Source: Heterodontus francisci
Lineage: Eukaryota
Direction: 5' to 3'
DNA: 64,000 nt
Assembly (NCBI RefSeq): GCF_036365525.1
Contig: NC_090373.1
Coordinates: 104,633,570 to 104,697,569, forward strand
Shown: in pieces, positions 13,280 through 23,750 of the stretch
How the letters are laid out: every line of letters starts with the position of its first letter
How positions within the stretch are numbered: position 1 is the first letter of the stretch
Position numbers and translations under genes: made by a program
Notes under the pieces: model-generated
Database searches by the model: none
Told to the model about the DNA's origin: nothing
Seen by the model: the letters and a program-made list of their open reading frames with translations, nothing else

Positions 13280-14127
13280 TTAGTGTGAACAAATTGCTTG
13301 TACTTTAATATCTCATATAGTCACTATGATTTCAGGATTCATAAGCAAATAATACAGAAGGTTTAATCTTTATCTTAAAAGTTATTGGTGCTTTACATTG
13401 GGATGACATCACAAATTAATCTGGCATAAAGGTCTTAATTAAAAATATTATGAATAAGAATTTCATTAAGTTTATTGTGCTCTGAAAACCAAAGTTTAAG
13501 ACCTCCCACTCAACATCAATCAGTTGTTGTGAAGCAAAGGAATGCACTTAAAAAAGTCTGAAGCAGTATCTCAAAATTCGCCTCCCCGAAGACAGAATAA
13601 GATGCAATCAGTTTGAAAACAAAAAAACAGTCCATATGATTTGCTTGGTTAAAGCTAGATACTTTATCAATGTTGCTGAAAATTATGGTCATAAGTCAGC
13701 CAAATTGTGGCATATCATTAAACCAATCCCACGTCAAATAAATCCAGGCCAATTCAATTTAGTATTCCAAACTACTGATTAATTAAGATCTCAGAAGTGG
13801 TGAACCAATTTAACCAATTTATTTTACTGAATATTTGGGATTTGGCTGAATCATTGCTTGTTGGTAGATAGTATACTTACTATTAGTAGTCACCAAGAAA
13901 TTAATAGTTTCAATTTGCACCTGATTAATTAAGCCAGATATTCTTGTTCTGATTTCTTTACCAGAGGATTTAGAAACTATGGACAAATTTCAGATGGATG
14001 CATTTCCCAGAAATGCATCTGAAAAACCTTTCACACAGGTAGCTAATGTTACTGCAGGGAGTATTCTCTTCTTTTGCAATCCTTCTTTCCTTCTATAACA
14101 CTATAGTTATGATCCTTAAATGGTGAG

Positions 14128-14480
14128 TGCGGGGGTGGGGGTGGGGGGGTTGTGGGGGGGTGGAAGTGTGGGTGACCAGGGACTGGGGGTGTTGAGGAAT
14201 TGGGGCTTGGGCTGGGGGAAGGGAAGGGAGGGGAGAGGGTGACCGGGGAACATAGACAGGGAAGAGAGGAATGCGGAATAGAGTCAGTAGATCAGGGCTC
14301 CGGAAGAAAGATGGAGACTGGGGACTGAATGTTTGAGGAATTGGCACTCAGGCAGGGTGAAGAGACTGGGAGCTGGGATTGGGGATTGGGCAAATAAAGG
14401 GCTGAGATAATCTGGGGACTTTATTCTAGGTAAGTAGTGAGAGTGTTGGATAAATAGGGAACTAGGGGCAAAGACCAAGG
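14128..14480 (+). repeat. G-rich low-complexity tract
   Basis: Runs such as gggggtgggggtggggggg and repeated gactggggg / gttgaggaattgg units. Confidence 0.6.
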
Positions 14481-15347
14481 ATTCTCATTGAAAGAAGCAA
14501 TGGAGAAGGGACATGTCAGTTTTTGAACTGAGGGCTATTACACCATAGGATGCTTCACTAGATGTGGTCATTAAGACAAGATTAAAGCATGATTTAAAAG
14601 GGAATGGGATAAGTAGCTGAAACGGAGGAATATAAAAAAATCTGGGGACAATGCAGCTCCAGGAGAGAGAGTTAGCAGTGGTGCAGGCAGCAGCTGTAGA
14701 ATGGGCTCCTCCTCTGCTGTCATTACTATTGTATGAACATTTTCCTTCATTGAAATTGAGCCAAGGGAGTGGTTTAGAAATGTTGTGCTGAGCTGAGTTT
14801 AGGACAACATCCCCTGTGCAAACTTCCCGAAACACCAAGCTTGCACTCCTTTGTGCAGTCTTTTGGTTTAGTTCAGGTTGATTTGTACCAGCCAGTTTTG
14901 ATGTGTGAGCTCCAAGTACAGATAAGCTTTGAATGAAGCTCCCAGTTCTCACAATATGGGTCCAAGGAGATGGGTCTTATTAAAAGTGGCATTGACTGGT
15001 GAGCCTGACCGCAACTTGAGCAGTGCAGGGGGATTTTGGCTGGAGTTACAAGGTGAATATAAGCAGATTACTGGATTAATACTAGTTACAGGTAGGATAT
15101 TAGATTGTAACATCTATTACTACCAGTTACATATGGTAACATATAGTAGCATAAAGGCAGAGCTCCCATACGTGTTGGCACTAATCAAACAGAGGTGGCT
15201 TCGCTGGATCAGACACATCCACAGGACGGAAGACAGTTGCAGACCCAAGGACCTTTCTGTATTGTGAGGTAGCTGGGGCCGGACGACCAGTGGGGTGTCC
15301 AAAGCTCCGCTTTGAGGATGTTTGCAAGCGTGACATGAAGGCCCTAA

Positions 15348-18300
15348 TTTTTTTTTTATTCATTCATGGGATGTGGGCGTCACTGGCTATGCCGGCATTT
15401 ATTGCCCATCCCTAATTGCCCTTGAGAAGGTGGTGGTGAGCTGCCTTCTTGAACCGCTGCAGTCCATGTGAGGTAGGTACACAGTGCTGTTAGGAAGGGA
15501 GTTCCAGGATTTTGACCCAGTGACAATGAAGAAATGGCGATATAGTTCCAAGTCAGGATGGTGTGTGACTTGGAGGGGAACTTGCAGGTGGTGATGTTCC
15601 CATGCATCTGCTGCTCTTGTCCTTCGAGGTGGTTGAGGTCGCGGGTTTAGAAGGTGCTGTTTAAGGAGCCTTGGTGCCTTGCTGCATCTTGTAGATGGTA
15701 CACACTGCTGCCACTGTGTGTCAGTGGTGGAGGGAGTGAATGTCTGTGCATGGTGTGCCAATCAAACGGGCTGCTTTGTCCTGGATGGTGTCGAGCTTCT
15801 TGAGTGTTGTTGGAGCTGCACCCATCCAGGCAAGTGGAGAGTATTCCATCACACTCCTGACTTGTGCCTTGTAGATGGTGGACAGGCTTTGGGAAGTCAG
15901 GAGGTGAGTTACTCGCCGCAGGATTCCTAGCCTCTGACCTGCTCTTGTAGCCATGGTATTTATATGGCTACTCCAGTTCAGTTTCTGGTCAATGGTAGCC
16001 CCTAGGATGTTGATAGTGGGAGATTCAGCGATGGTAATGCCATTGAATGTCAAGGGGAGATGGTTAGATTCTCTCTTGTTGGAGATGGTCATTGCCTGGC
16101 ACTTGTGTGGTGCGAATGTTACTTGCCACTTATCAGCCCAAGCCTGGATATTGTCCAGGTCTTGCTGCATTTCTACACGGACTGCTTCAGTATTTGAGGA
16201 GTCACGAATGGTGCTGAACATTGTGCAATCAACAGCGAACATCCCCACTTCTGACCTTATGATTGAAGGAAGGTCATTGATGAAGCAGCTGAAGATGGTT
16301 GGGACGAGGACACTACCCTGAGGAACTCCTGCAGTGATATCCTGGAGCTCAGATGACTGACCTCCAAAAACCACAGCCACCTTCCTTTGTGCTAGGTATG
16401 ACTCCAACCAGTAGAGAGGTTTCCCCCTGATTCCCATTGACCTCAGTTTTGCTAGGGCTCCTTGATGCCATACTCGGTCAAATGCTGCCTTGATGTCAAG
16501 GGCAGTCACTCTCACCTCACCTCTTGAGTTCAGCTCTTTTGTCCATGTTTAAACCAAGGCTCTAATGAGGTCAGGAGCTGAGTGGCCCTGGCGGAACCCA
16601 AACTGAGCATCACTGAGCAGGTTATTGCTAAGCAAGTGCTGCTTGATGGCACTGTTGATGACACCTTCCATCACTTTACTGATGATTGAGAGTAGAGTGA
16701 TGGGGCGGTAATTGGCCGGGTTGGACTTGTCCTGCTTTTTGTGTACAGGACATACCTGGGCAATTTTCCACATTGCTGGGTAGATGCCAGTGTTGTAGCT
16801 ATACTGGAACAGCTTGGCTTGGGGTGTGGCAAGTTCTGGAGAACAGGTCTTCTGTACTATTGCCAGAATATTGTCAGGACCCATAGCCTTTGCAGCATCC
16901 AGTGCCTTCAGTCGTTTCTTGATATCATGCGGAGTGAATCGAATTGGCTGAAGTCTGGCATCTGTAATGCTGGGGACTTCAGAAGGGGGCCGAGATGGAT
17001 CATCAATTCGGCACTTCTGGCTGAAGATTGTTGCAAATGCTTCAGCCTTATCTTTCGCACTGATATGCTGGGTTCCCCCATCATTGAGGATGGGGATATT
17101 TGTGGAGCCACCTCCTCCAGTTAGTTGTTTAATTGTCCACCACCATTCATGACTGGATGTGGCAGGACTGCTGAGCTTAGATCTGATCCATTGGTTCTGG
17201 GATTGCTTAGCTCTGTCTATTGCATGCTGCTTACGCAGCTTGGCATGCAAGTAGTCCTGGGTTGTAGCTTCTCCAGGTTGACACCTCATTTTGAGGTATG
17301 CCTGGTGCTGCTCCTGGCATGCCCTCCTGCACTCTTCATTGAACCAGGGTTGGTCTCCTGGCTTGATGGTAATGGTAGAGTGGGGGATATGCCGGTCCAG
17401 GAGGTTACAGATTGTGGTTGAGTACAATTTTGCTGCTGCTGATGGCCCACAGCGCCTCATGGATGCCCAGTTTTGCATTGCTAGATCTGTTCGAAATCTA
17501 TCCCATTTAGCACGGTGATAGTGCCACACAACACAATGGACGGTATCCTCAATGTGAAGGCGAGACTTCATCTCCACAAGGACTGTGCAGTGGTCACTCC
17601 TACCAATACAGTCATGGACAGAAGCATCTGCGGCAGGCAGATTGGTGAGGATAAGGTCAAGTATGTTTTTCCCTCGTGTTGGTTCCCCCACCACCTGCCG
17701 CAGACCCAGTCTAGCAGCTATATCCTTTAATACTCGGCCAGCTCGGTCAGTCGTGGTGCTACCGAGCCACTCTTAGCGATGGACATTGAAGTCCCCCACC
17801 CAGAGTACATTTTGTGCCCTTGCCACCCTCAGTGCTTCCTCCAAGTGCTGTTCAACATGGAGGAGTACTGACTCATAGCTAAGGGAGGGCGGTAGGTGGT
17901 AATCAGTAGGAGGTTATCTTGCCCATGTTTGACCTGATGCCATGAGACTTCATGTGGTCAGGAGTCAATGTTGAGGACTCCCAGGGCAACTCCCTCCCTA
18001 CTGTAGACCACTGTCCCGCCACCTCTGCTGGGTCTGTCCTGCCAGACCTCATGGCCCGGCATATCCCCCACTCTACCATTACCATAAAGCCAGGAGACCA
18101 ACCCTGGTTCAATGAAGAGTGCAGGAGGGCATGCCAGGAGCAGCACCAAGCATACCTCAAAATGAGGTGTCAACCTGGTGGGATAGTGATTGCAGTGTCT
18201 GGGACATTGTCTGTAAGGTATGATCCCACGAGTTTGACTATGTCAGGCTGTTGCTTGTCTAGTCTGTGGGACAGCTCTCCCAACTTTGGCACAAGCCCCC

Positions 18301-18730
18301 AGATGTTAGTGAGGAGGACTTTGCAGAATCGACAGGGCTGGGTTTGCCGTTGTCATTTCTGGTGCCTTGGTCGATGCTGGGTGGTCCGTCTGGTTTCATT
18401 CCTTTCTTATTGACTTCGTAGCGGTTATGTACAACTGAGTGGCTTGCTAGGCCATTTCAGAGGGCATGTAAGAGTTAATCACATTGCTGTGGGTCTGGAG
18501 TCACATGTGGGCCAGACCAGGTAAGTCCCTAAAGGACAATAGTGAACCAGATGGGTTTTTACAACAATCGACAATGGTTTCATGGCCATCATAAGACTAG
18601 CTTTTAATTCCAGATTTATTAATGAAATTCAAACTCCAATTTCTGTTGTGGTGGGATTCGAACCCATGGCCCCCTATCAATACCCCGGGTCTCTGGGTTA
18701 CTAGTCCAGTGATAATATCACTACGCCACC
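15348..18730 (-). mobile_element. Apparently full-length single-ORF CR1-group LINE (APE + RT pseudogene) with a tRNA-derived 5' head
   Basis: APE start KVLLTNIWGLVPKLGELSHRLDKQQPDIV near 18320; PTRGKNILDLIL; KSNPANYRPITLLS; QFGFRQGHS; LDIKAAFDRVWH; GVPQGSVL; FAVD (FADD in family); A-rich tail at 15348; A box 18718-18728 and B box 18654-18664; in-frame stops present. Confidence 0.92.
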
Positions 18731-18790
18731 GTTGACTATTGTACCTGGAGTCACTCGTTGGTGAAAGAGGGAAATGGTGACACATCCTGT

Positions 18791-19206
18791 GGAGGCAGTG
18801 GCATAATGGGGAGGCAGTGGTGTAGTGGTAATATCACTGGACTAATGATTTAAAGGTCCAGGCTCGCTCTCTGGGGACATGGGTTTGAATCCCACCACAG
18901 CAGATGGTGAAATTTGAATTCAATTAATAAATCCATTTTTTTTTAAAAAGCTCATCTAATGGTGACCATGAAACATTGTCAGTTGTTGAAACAGCCCACC
19001 TAGTTCACTAATGTCCTTTGAGGAAGGAAATCTGCTGTCCTTACCTGGTCTGGCCTACATATGACTCCAGACCCACAGTAATGTGATTGACTCTTAAAAT
19101 ACCTTGTGAAATGGCCGAGCAAGCCACTCAGTTCAAGGGCAATTAGGGATGGGCAATAAATGCTGGCCTAGCCAGTGATGGCCACATCCTGTGAATGAGG
19201 AAAAAA
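18791..19206 (+). mobile_element. tRNA-head SINE with a tail from the CR1-group LINE
   Basis: A box tggtgtagtgg, B box ggtttgaatcc, body ggaaggaaatctgctgtccttacctggtctggcctac...gactccagacccacag, tail caagggcaattagggatgggcaataaatgc; short GGA duplication in the host RTE; first ~19 nt of the head duplicated. Confidence 0.88.
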
Positions 19207-19699
19207 GGACTGGCATGCACTACCATGATGACTAGTTGCTGCAGCAGCTTCATGTGTGGCTCTTCTGGCAGAACCTACCTCTCAAGGATTGGCCTTCACA
19301 GCCATCAGCAAAAGTGCACCAAGAGAATTTACCCCACCTGAATGGATTGTTTGTTGTGTGTTGTTATCTTTGGAGATGGAAGGATGCTAATCAACCATAT
19401 AGGCTGAGTGAGTTATTGTATTACTATTGGTCTTAGAAGGACTTTGAGTGGTACTCATATTAGTTATTGGTGCAATTTCAGTCAGTTTCTATTAATTTTT
19501 GGTAGAATCCTAGTTCCTCCCCCACCTTCTAGTTTCCCCTTCCCCGGGTGCTCTGCTGGTTCTTGGAACTTCTCACAACAGCAGCTGGTACAATACCACC
19601 TGCAAAGCTGCTCAACTGCAGGAGGTCCAACCTTTACAAACTAAATGTAATAACATTGCAGATGTCCACGCTAGTTGCCAACTCTCCTGCACGAGCTGG

Positions 19700-20260
19700 A
19701 GGCCGTTTAGCGGCATATTGCTAACAATACACCAACACTCTTTGCTATCCCTGCCGGGTTTTAGAGCTTCAAGTAAGCCGTTTGATTTTTTTTCTCTCTG
19801 CACTCTATTTTAACTCTCTGGCTGGCTGCAGTAATTCATGACGCTTTCACCTCATTAAGCAAAACTAAAACAACCAACACGCGCGCTGCCCTGGGGACTG
19901 AACGTCACTTCCGTCTCCGAGGCGATGGCCGCATGTGGGGGGCCCGGGAATGGGAAGAATTTGCTTCAGTTCATCCACTGCATGGGACAGCTGAAGGTGA
20001 GAGCCGTTGGGGGGCAAAAAGCACCTGTTACAAATGTGCATTTCACTGCACACAATTTACCGATGTGTTCTAGTGGCCAAGATGGCAGCGGCTTCAGCTG
20101 CAGACAGGGAGAGGCTGGGCAGGAGCTCGCGCTGCTGTGTTTTGATAAATGGAACGTTTTCCATTGTTTACCCGGTTCACATAACGTTCCAAAGAAGAAT
20201 TCTGCTTCATTGGTACCGGGAGTGCCCCCTGCCGTCTCGCTCAGTAATGACAGCGCCTAC
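19700..20260 (+). promoter_or_regulatory. CpG-rich HDDC2 promoter / first-exon region
   Basis: Local CpG enrichment; ACGCGCGC near 19879; ETS-CRE overlap ACGTCACTTCCG at 19902-19913; YY1-like CAAGATGGCAGC at 20078-20089; no TATA box seen. Confidence 0.7.
19925..19996 (+). CDS. HDDC2: HDDC2 (HD-domain 5'-deoxynucleotidase) coding exon 1
   Basis: ATG at 19925, MAACGGPGNGKNLLQFIHCMGQLK then AAG|gtgaga donor (phase 0); matches the LLQFLRLVGQLK N-terminus of vertebrate HDDC2; CpG-rich context. Confidence 0.93.
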
Positions 20261-20286
20261 AGAGCTGTCAATACCCGGCTTCATTT

Positions 20287-20597
20287 CAACAAAGACTTGC
20301 ATTTAGATAGCACCTTTCACAACAGCAGGATGTCCCAAAGCGCTTTACAGCCAATGGAGTGTAGACAGTGCTGTAATTTAGGAAATGCGGCAGCCAGTTT
20401 GTGCACAGCAAGCTCATGCAAATAGCCATGTGATAATGACCAGATAATCAGTTTTCATAATGTTCATTGAGGGATAAATATTGGCCAGGACGCCAGCGAT
20501 AAACTCCCTTGTTCTTTGAAATAGTGTCATTGGGACCTAACACATTCACCTGAGAGGGCAGATCGCACCTCCGATTTAATGTCTCATCCAAAAGATT
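20287..20597 (-). mobile_element. DeuSINE (SacSINE1-like) in HDDC2 intron 1
   Basis: Reverse complement of the Deu domain (cctggccaatatttatccctcaa...aactggctgccgcatttcct) and an L2-type tail. Confidence 0.8.
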
Positions 20598-20724
20598 AAT
20601 TCAAAGGATCTTGTTTTTTGATGTTGATCCTGCAGAGAATTAAATAGCAATTTTACCACGGAAATAGGTCATTCAGCCCAACTAGCGTGGTTTGGTGCTT
20701 ATCCTCTACATGGTGATCGCTGTT

Positions 20725-21137
20725 CCACCTCATAGGTTCAAAATCTACTAGAGACTTGAGGATAAAATTCTGGTTTGAGACTTCAGTATAGTACCAAGGG
20801 AAGGCTGCACTATTGGAGGTGCTGTTATTGGGATGAAATGTTAAAGGGGAGGCGGAACCTCAGTTTTTGCAGTTGGATGTAAAAGATCTTATGGCTCTAT
20901 TTGAAGAACAGGGGAGTTCTCCAAGTGTCATGGCCAACATTATCCCTCAACCAACACATATAAAAACAGATGATTTAGTCACATATTTTATTGCTGTTTG
21001 TGGGGACGTGCTGTATGCGGATTGGCTGATGCTTTTCCCTACAGCAGCGACTACACTTCCAATGTACTTAATTGGCCTTAAAATGCTTTGGGACATCCTG
21101 GGGTCATGAAAGATTCAATTTAAATGGAAGTTCTTTA
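20725..21137 (+). mobile_element. DeuSINE (SacSINE1-like) in HDDC2 intron 1
   Basis: gatgtaaaagatcttatggctctatttgaagaacaggggagttctcc...tggccaacattatccctcaaccaac...ctttgggacatcctg. Confidence 0.8.
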
Positions 21138-21589
21138 CTACTTTTACATGAGCATTTACCCTAATCTTATGTTCCACCTTGTTACCATATCCCTTTATCT
21201 TTCTTTCTTTCAACACCCTTTCTAACCTATTGTTAAATGTTGACGTGGTCTCTGCTTCAAAAACTCAGGACGTGCATTCCACAACCTCAACAATCAATGT
21301 AATTTTTTTTTGTCTTAAATCTCTTACATTTAATCTATGTCCCCTCATTCTTGGTCCCTTTGTTTATCTGTTCTGACTCATCCGAACATAATTTTTAATA
21401 CCTCCAGCAAATCACCTCAATCATCTCAGTTGTAACAAATTCATGTGTACATGAATGAATTAATAAATATCCATTTCCCCTGATTTGACCTCAAGCAAAC
21501 ACGTCAAATGAGAGGAAATCTTACAGCAGTCTTCAATAAAAATAAGCTGTTACTTGAGAAAGGCTGTGGTTTCCTTCATGCTGCTGTGA

Positions 21590-22945
21590 GGTAAACCAAT
21601 CAGATTGTTGCATTTTCCTTCAAGTGGTCATCCTATTTCCTTTTGAAGTCATTGATTATCTCTGCTTCCACCACACTTCTGTCAGCGATTCCACCAGCTG
21701 GGTAGAAAAGTTCTTCCTCATATTACCCCTGTATCTCTTGCCCAAAACCTCCTATCTGTGTCTCCTAGTCCTTGTACCATTAGTTCTTGGGAACAGTTTT
21801 TCCTTGTCTAACTTATCTAAGCCTGTCATAATCTTGTACTTCTTTGGCCTCCTTATCTCGAGAGACAATGGGTAAGTGCCTGGAGGTGGTCAGTGGTGTG
21901 TGGAGCAGCGCCTGGAGTGGCTATAAAGGCCAATTCTAGAGTGACAGGCTCTTCCACAGGTGCTGCAGAAAAATTTGTTTGTCTGGGCTGTTACACAGTT
22001 GGCTCTCTCCTTGCGCTTTTGTCTTTTTTCCTGCCAACTGCTAAGTCTCTTTGACTCGCCACACTTTAGCCCCGCCTTTATGGCTGCCCGCCAGCTCTGG
22101 CGATCACCGGCAACTGACACCCCAATTAAATCTCCCCTCAATTTCCTTTGCTCTGAGAACAAACCCAGCTTTTCCAACATAACCTTGTAACTAAAATCCT
22201 CCATCCCTGGAACCATTCTCATTAATCTCCTCTGCACTCTCTCAAGGACCCTCTCAAACTTACTGAAGTGTGGTGACCAGAACTAGACAATAATCCAGCT
22301 GGGGCCTAACCAGAGCTTTCTAAAGGTTCAGCATAACTTCCCTGCTTTTGCACTCAATGCCTCTATGAAGCTCAAGATCCCATATGCATTACTAACCACT
22401 CTCTCAATATGTCCCGCCACCATCAAAGATCAATGCACGTGTACTCCCAGGTCTCCCTGTTCCTGCACACTCTTTAGAACAGTGCCATTAAGTATATATT
22501 GCCTCTCCCTACTCCTTCTGCCAAAATACATAACCTCACACTTTTCAGTATTAAATTCCATCTGCCACCTGTCTGCCCAATCTGCTAGCCTATATGTGTC
22601 CTATTGCAGGTGGTTTATATAATCCTTAGTGTTTGCCACACATTCGAGTTTGGTGTAATCGGCAAATTTTGAGGTTCTACTTTGTATTCCAAGATCCAAG
22701 TCACATATCTAGCAAAAAAAGCAGTGGCCCCAACATTGCTCGTTGGGAACATCACCGTGTACCATCCTCCAGTTTGAAAAATAACCATTCACTATGACTT
22801 GCTGTTTTCTGTCCTTAAGCCATTTTTTTAATCCAGTTGAACAATGACTCTCCTATTCCATGAGCCTCAATTTTGTTAACCCGCCTTTTATGTGGTACCT
22901 TATCAAATGCTTTTTAAAAATCCATATAAACAACATCCGCTGCAT
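21590..22945 (-). mobile_element. CR1 LINE RT/3' fragment interrupted by an RTE 3' end (21840-22118, -)
   Basis: QRRLMRMVPGMEDFSYKVMLEKLGLFS (CR1) fused in the ORF track to SVAGDRQSWRAAIKAG...FFCSTCGRACHSRIGLYSHSRRC (RTE). Confidence 0.85.
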
Positions 22946-23750
22946 TAATTTAAAATAAAAAGTTTTACTGATCGATAAATCAAAGCAAGTAAGGCCTTAT
23001 CAAGGCAAGGACTTAGAGATGATTGGGCTAATTATTCCTCATTTTCATCTCTTCCTCCCAAGTCCACCTTGCTGCATATCTAACTTGCTCCTGGTCTTCT
23101 GCTTCTGTTTCTTCACTAGTCCACTAGGAGGCGCAATTGAACATCCCCTGATTTCCACACCTGCTGCTCCCCCAGCCCATTTGATGGGGAAGTTACTTGG
23201 CTTCCAGCCTGCTCCTTGATGGTGCAACTGAAGTGTTCAGTGTCTAAGGAGTCACTATCAGAAATATGCACCCATATGTACTACAACAGGATTGACATCT
23301 TATCTTACACAGTCACATCACTCTGACTGCAAGCCTGCTCACATTTATTGAGCTGTTTATTTTCTGACACAGTAGGAAGGATATTATGTAGAATTTACAG
23401 CACAAAAATAGGGCATTTGGCCCAATAGGTCCATGCTTTGAACTAATTAAACAAATGCAATGGTGACATTTTTATTTTATATTTTAATACCAATCCAGCT
23501 TTAAAAAATTCAATTTTGCCTCCTGGAATTGGATGAATATCCTCAATATATGTAGTATCTGTTGGTTGTACACTCTAAGTTGATATATAATACATGTCAC
23601 CATTTAGAAATAGTTCTTAAACCAATGAATAATCTCATTATGATACAACAGATCCTAGTTTGAGATTTGTATCTGCTTACAGTAATGCAGAACTGGCAGC
23701 ATTATTCAAGTCAAGTAAACCCCTGTATTTGCCTGCATGGACGTGTGCAG

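Larger units (their letters stand above)
15135..19395 (+). mobile_element. Old RTE-clade LINE 3' fragment split in three (~15135-15347, 18731-18792, 19207-19395) by two insertions
   Basis: KQRWLRWIRHIHRTED...RFEDVCKRDMKAL | VDYCTW...ERGKW*HILW | TGMHYHDD...SRIGLHSHQQKC reads through once the insertions are removed. Confidence 0.8.

Noticed and set aside
15721-17694. 381-aa and 264-aa ORFs as functional genes
   Set aside because: They are pieces of one LINE ORF broken by a stop at 16549, with a FADD to FAVD change and a disrupted endonuclease.
17952-18413. 153-aa + strand ORF containing LINE-like peptide
   Set aside because: Produced by the small inverted insert in otherwise antisense LINE sequence.
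18650-18900. tRNA genes suggested by A and B boxes
   Set aside because: No complete cloverleaf or T-run terminator; the boxes run into SINE bodies. The same applies at 24650-24729, 34624 and 49230.
20082-20212. MAAASAADRERLG... as an alternative HDDC2 first exon
   Set aside because: The nearest donor-like site (TG|gtaccg) gives phase 2, but exon 2 needs phase 0; better read as a YY1-type motif.
19925-20425. 166-aa ORF starting at the HDDC2 ATG
   Set aside because: Only the first 24 codons are exon; the rest reads through the GT donor into intron 1 and a DeuSINE.
21890-22237. 115-aa ORF with a zinc-finger-like end
   Set aside because: Chance in-frame fusion of CR1 with an inserted RTE 3' end.
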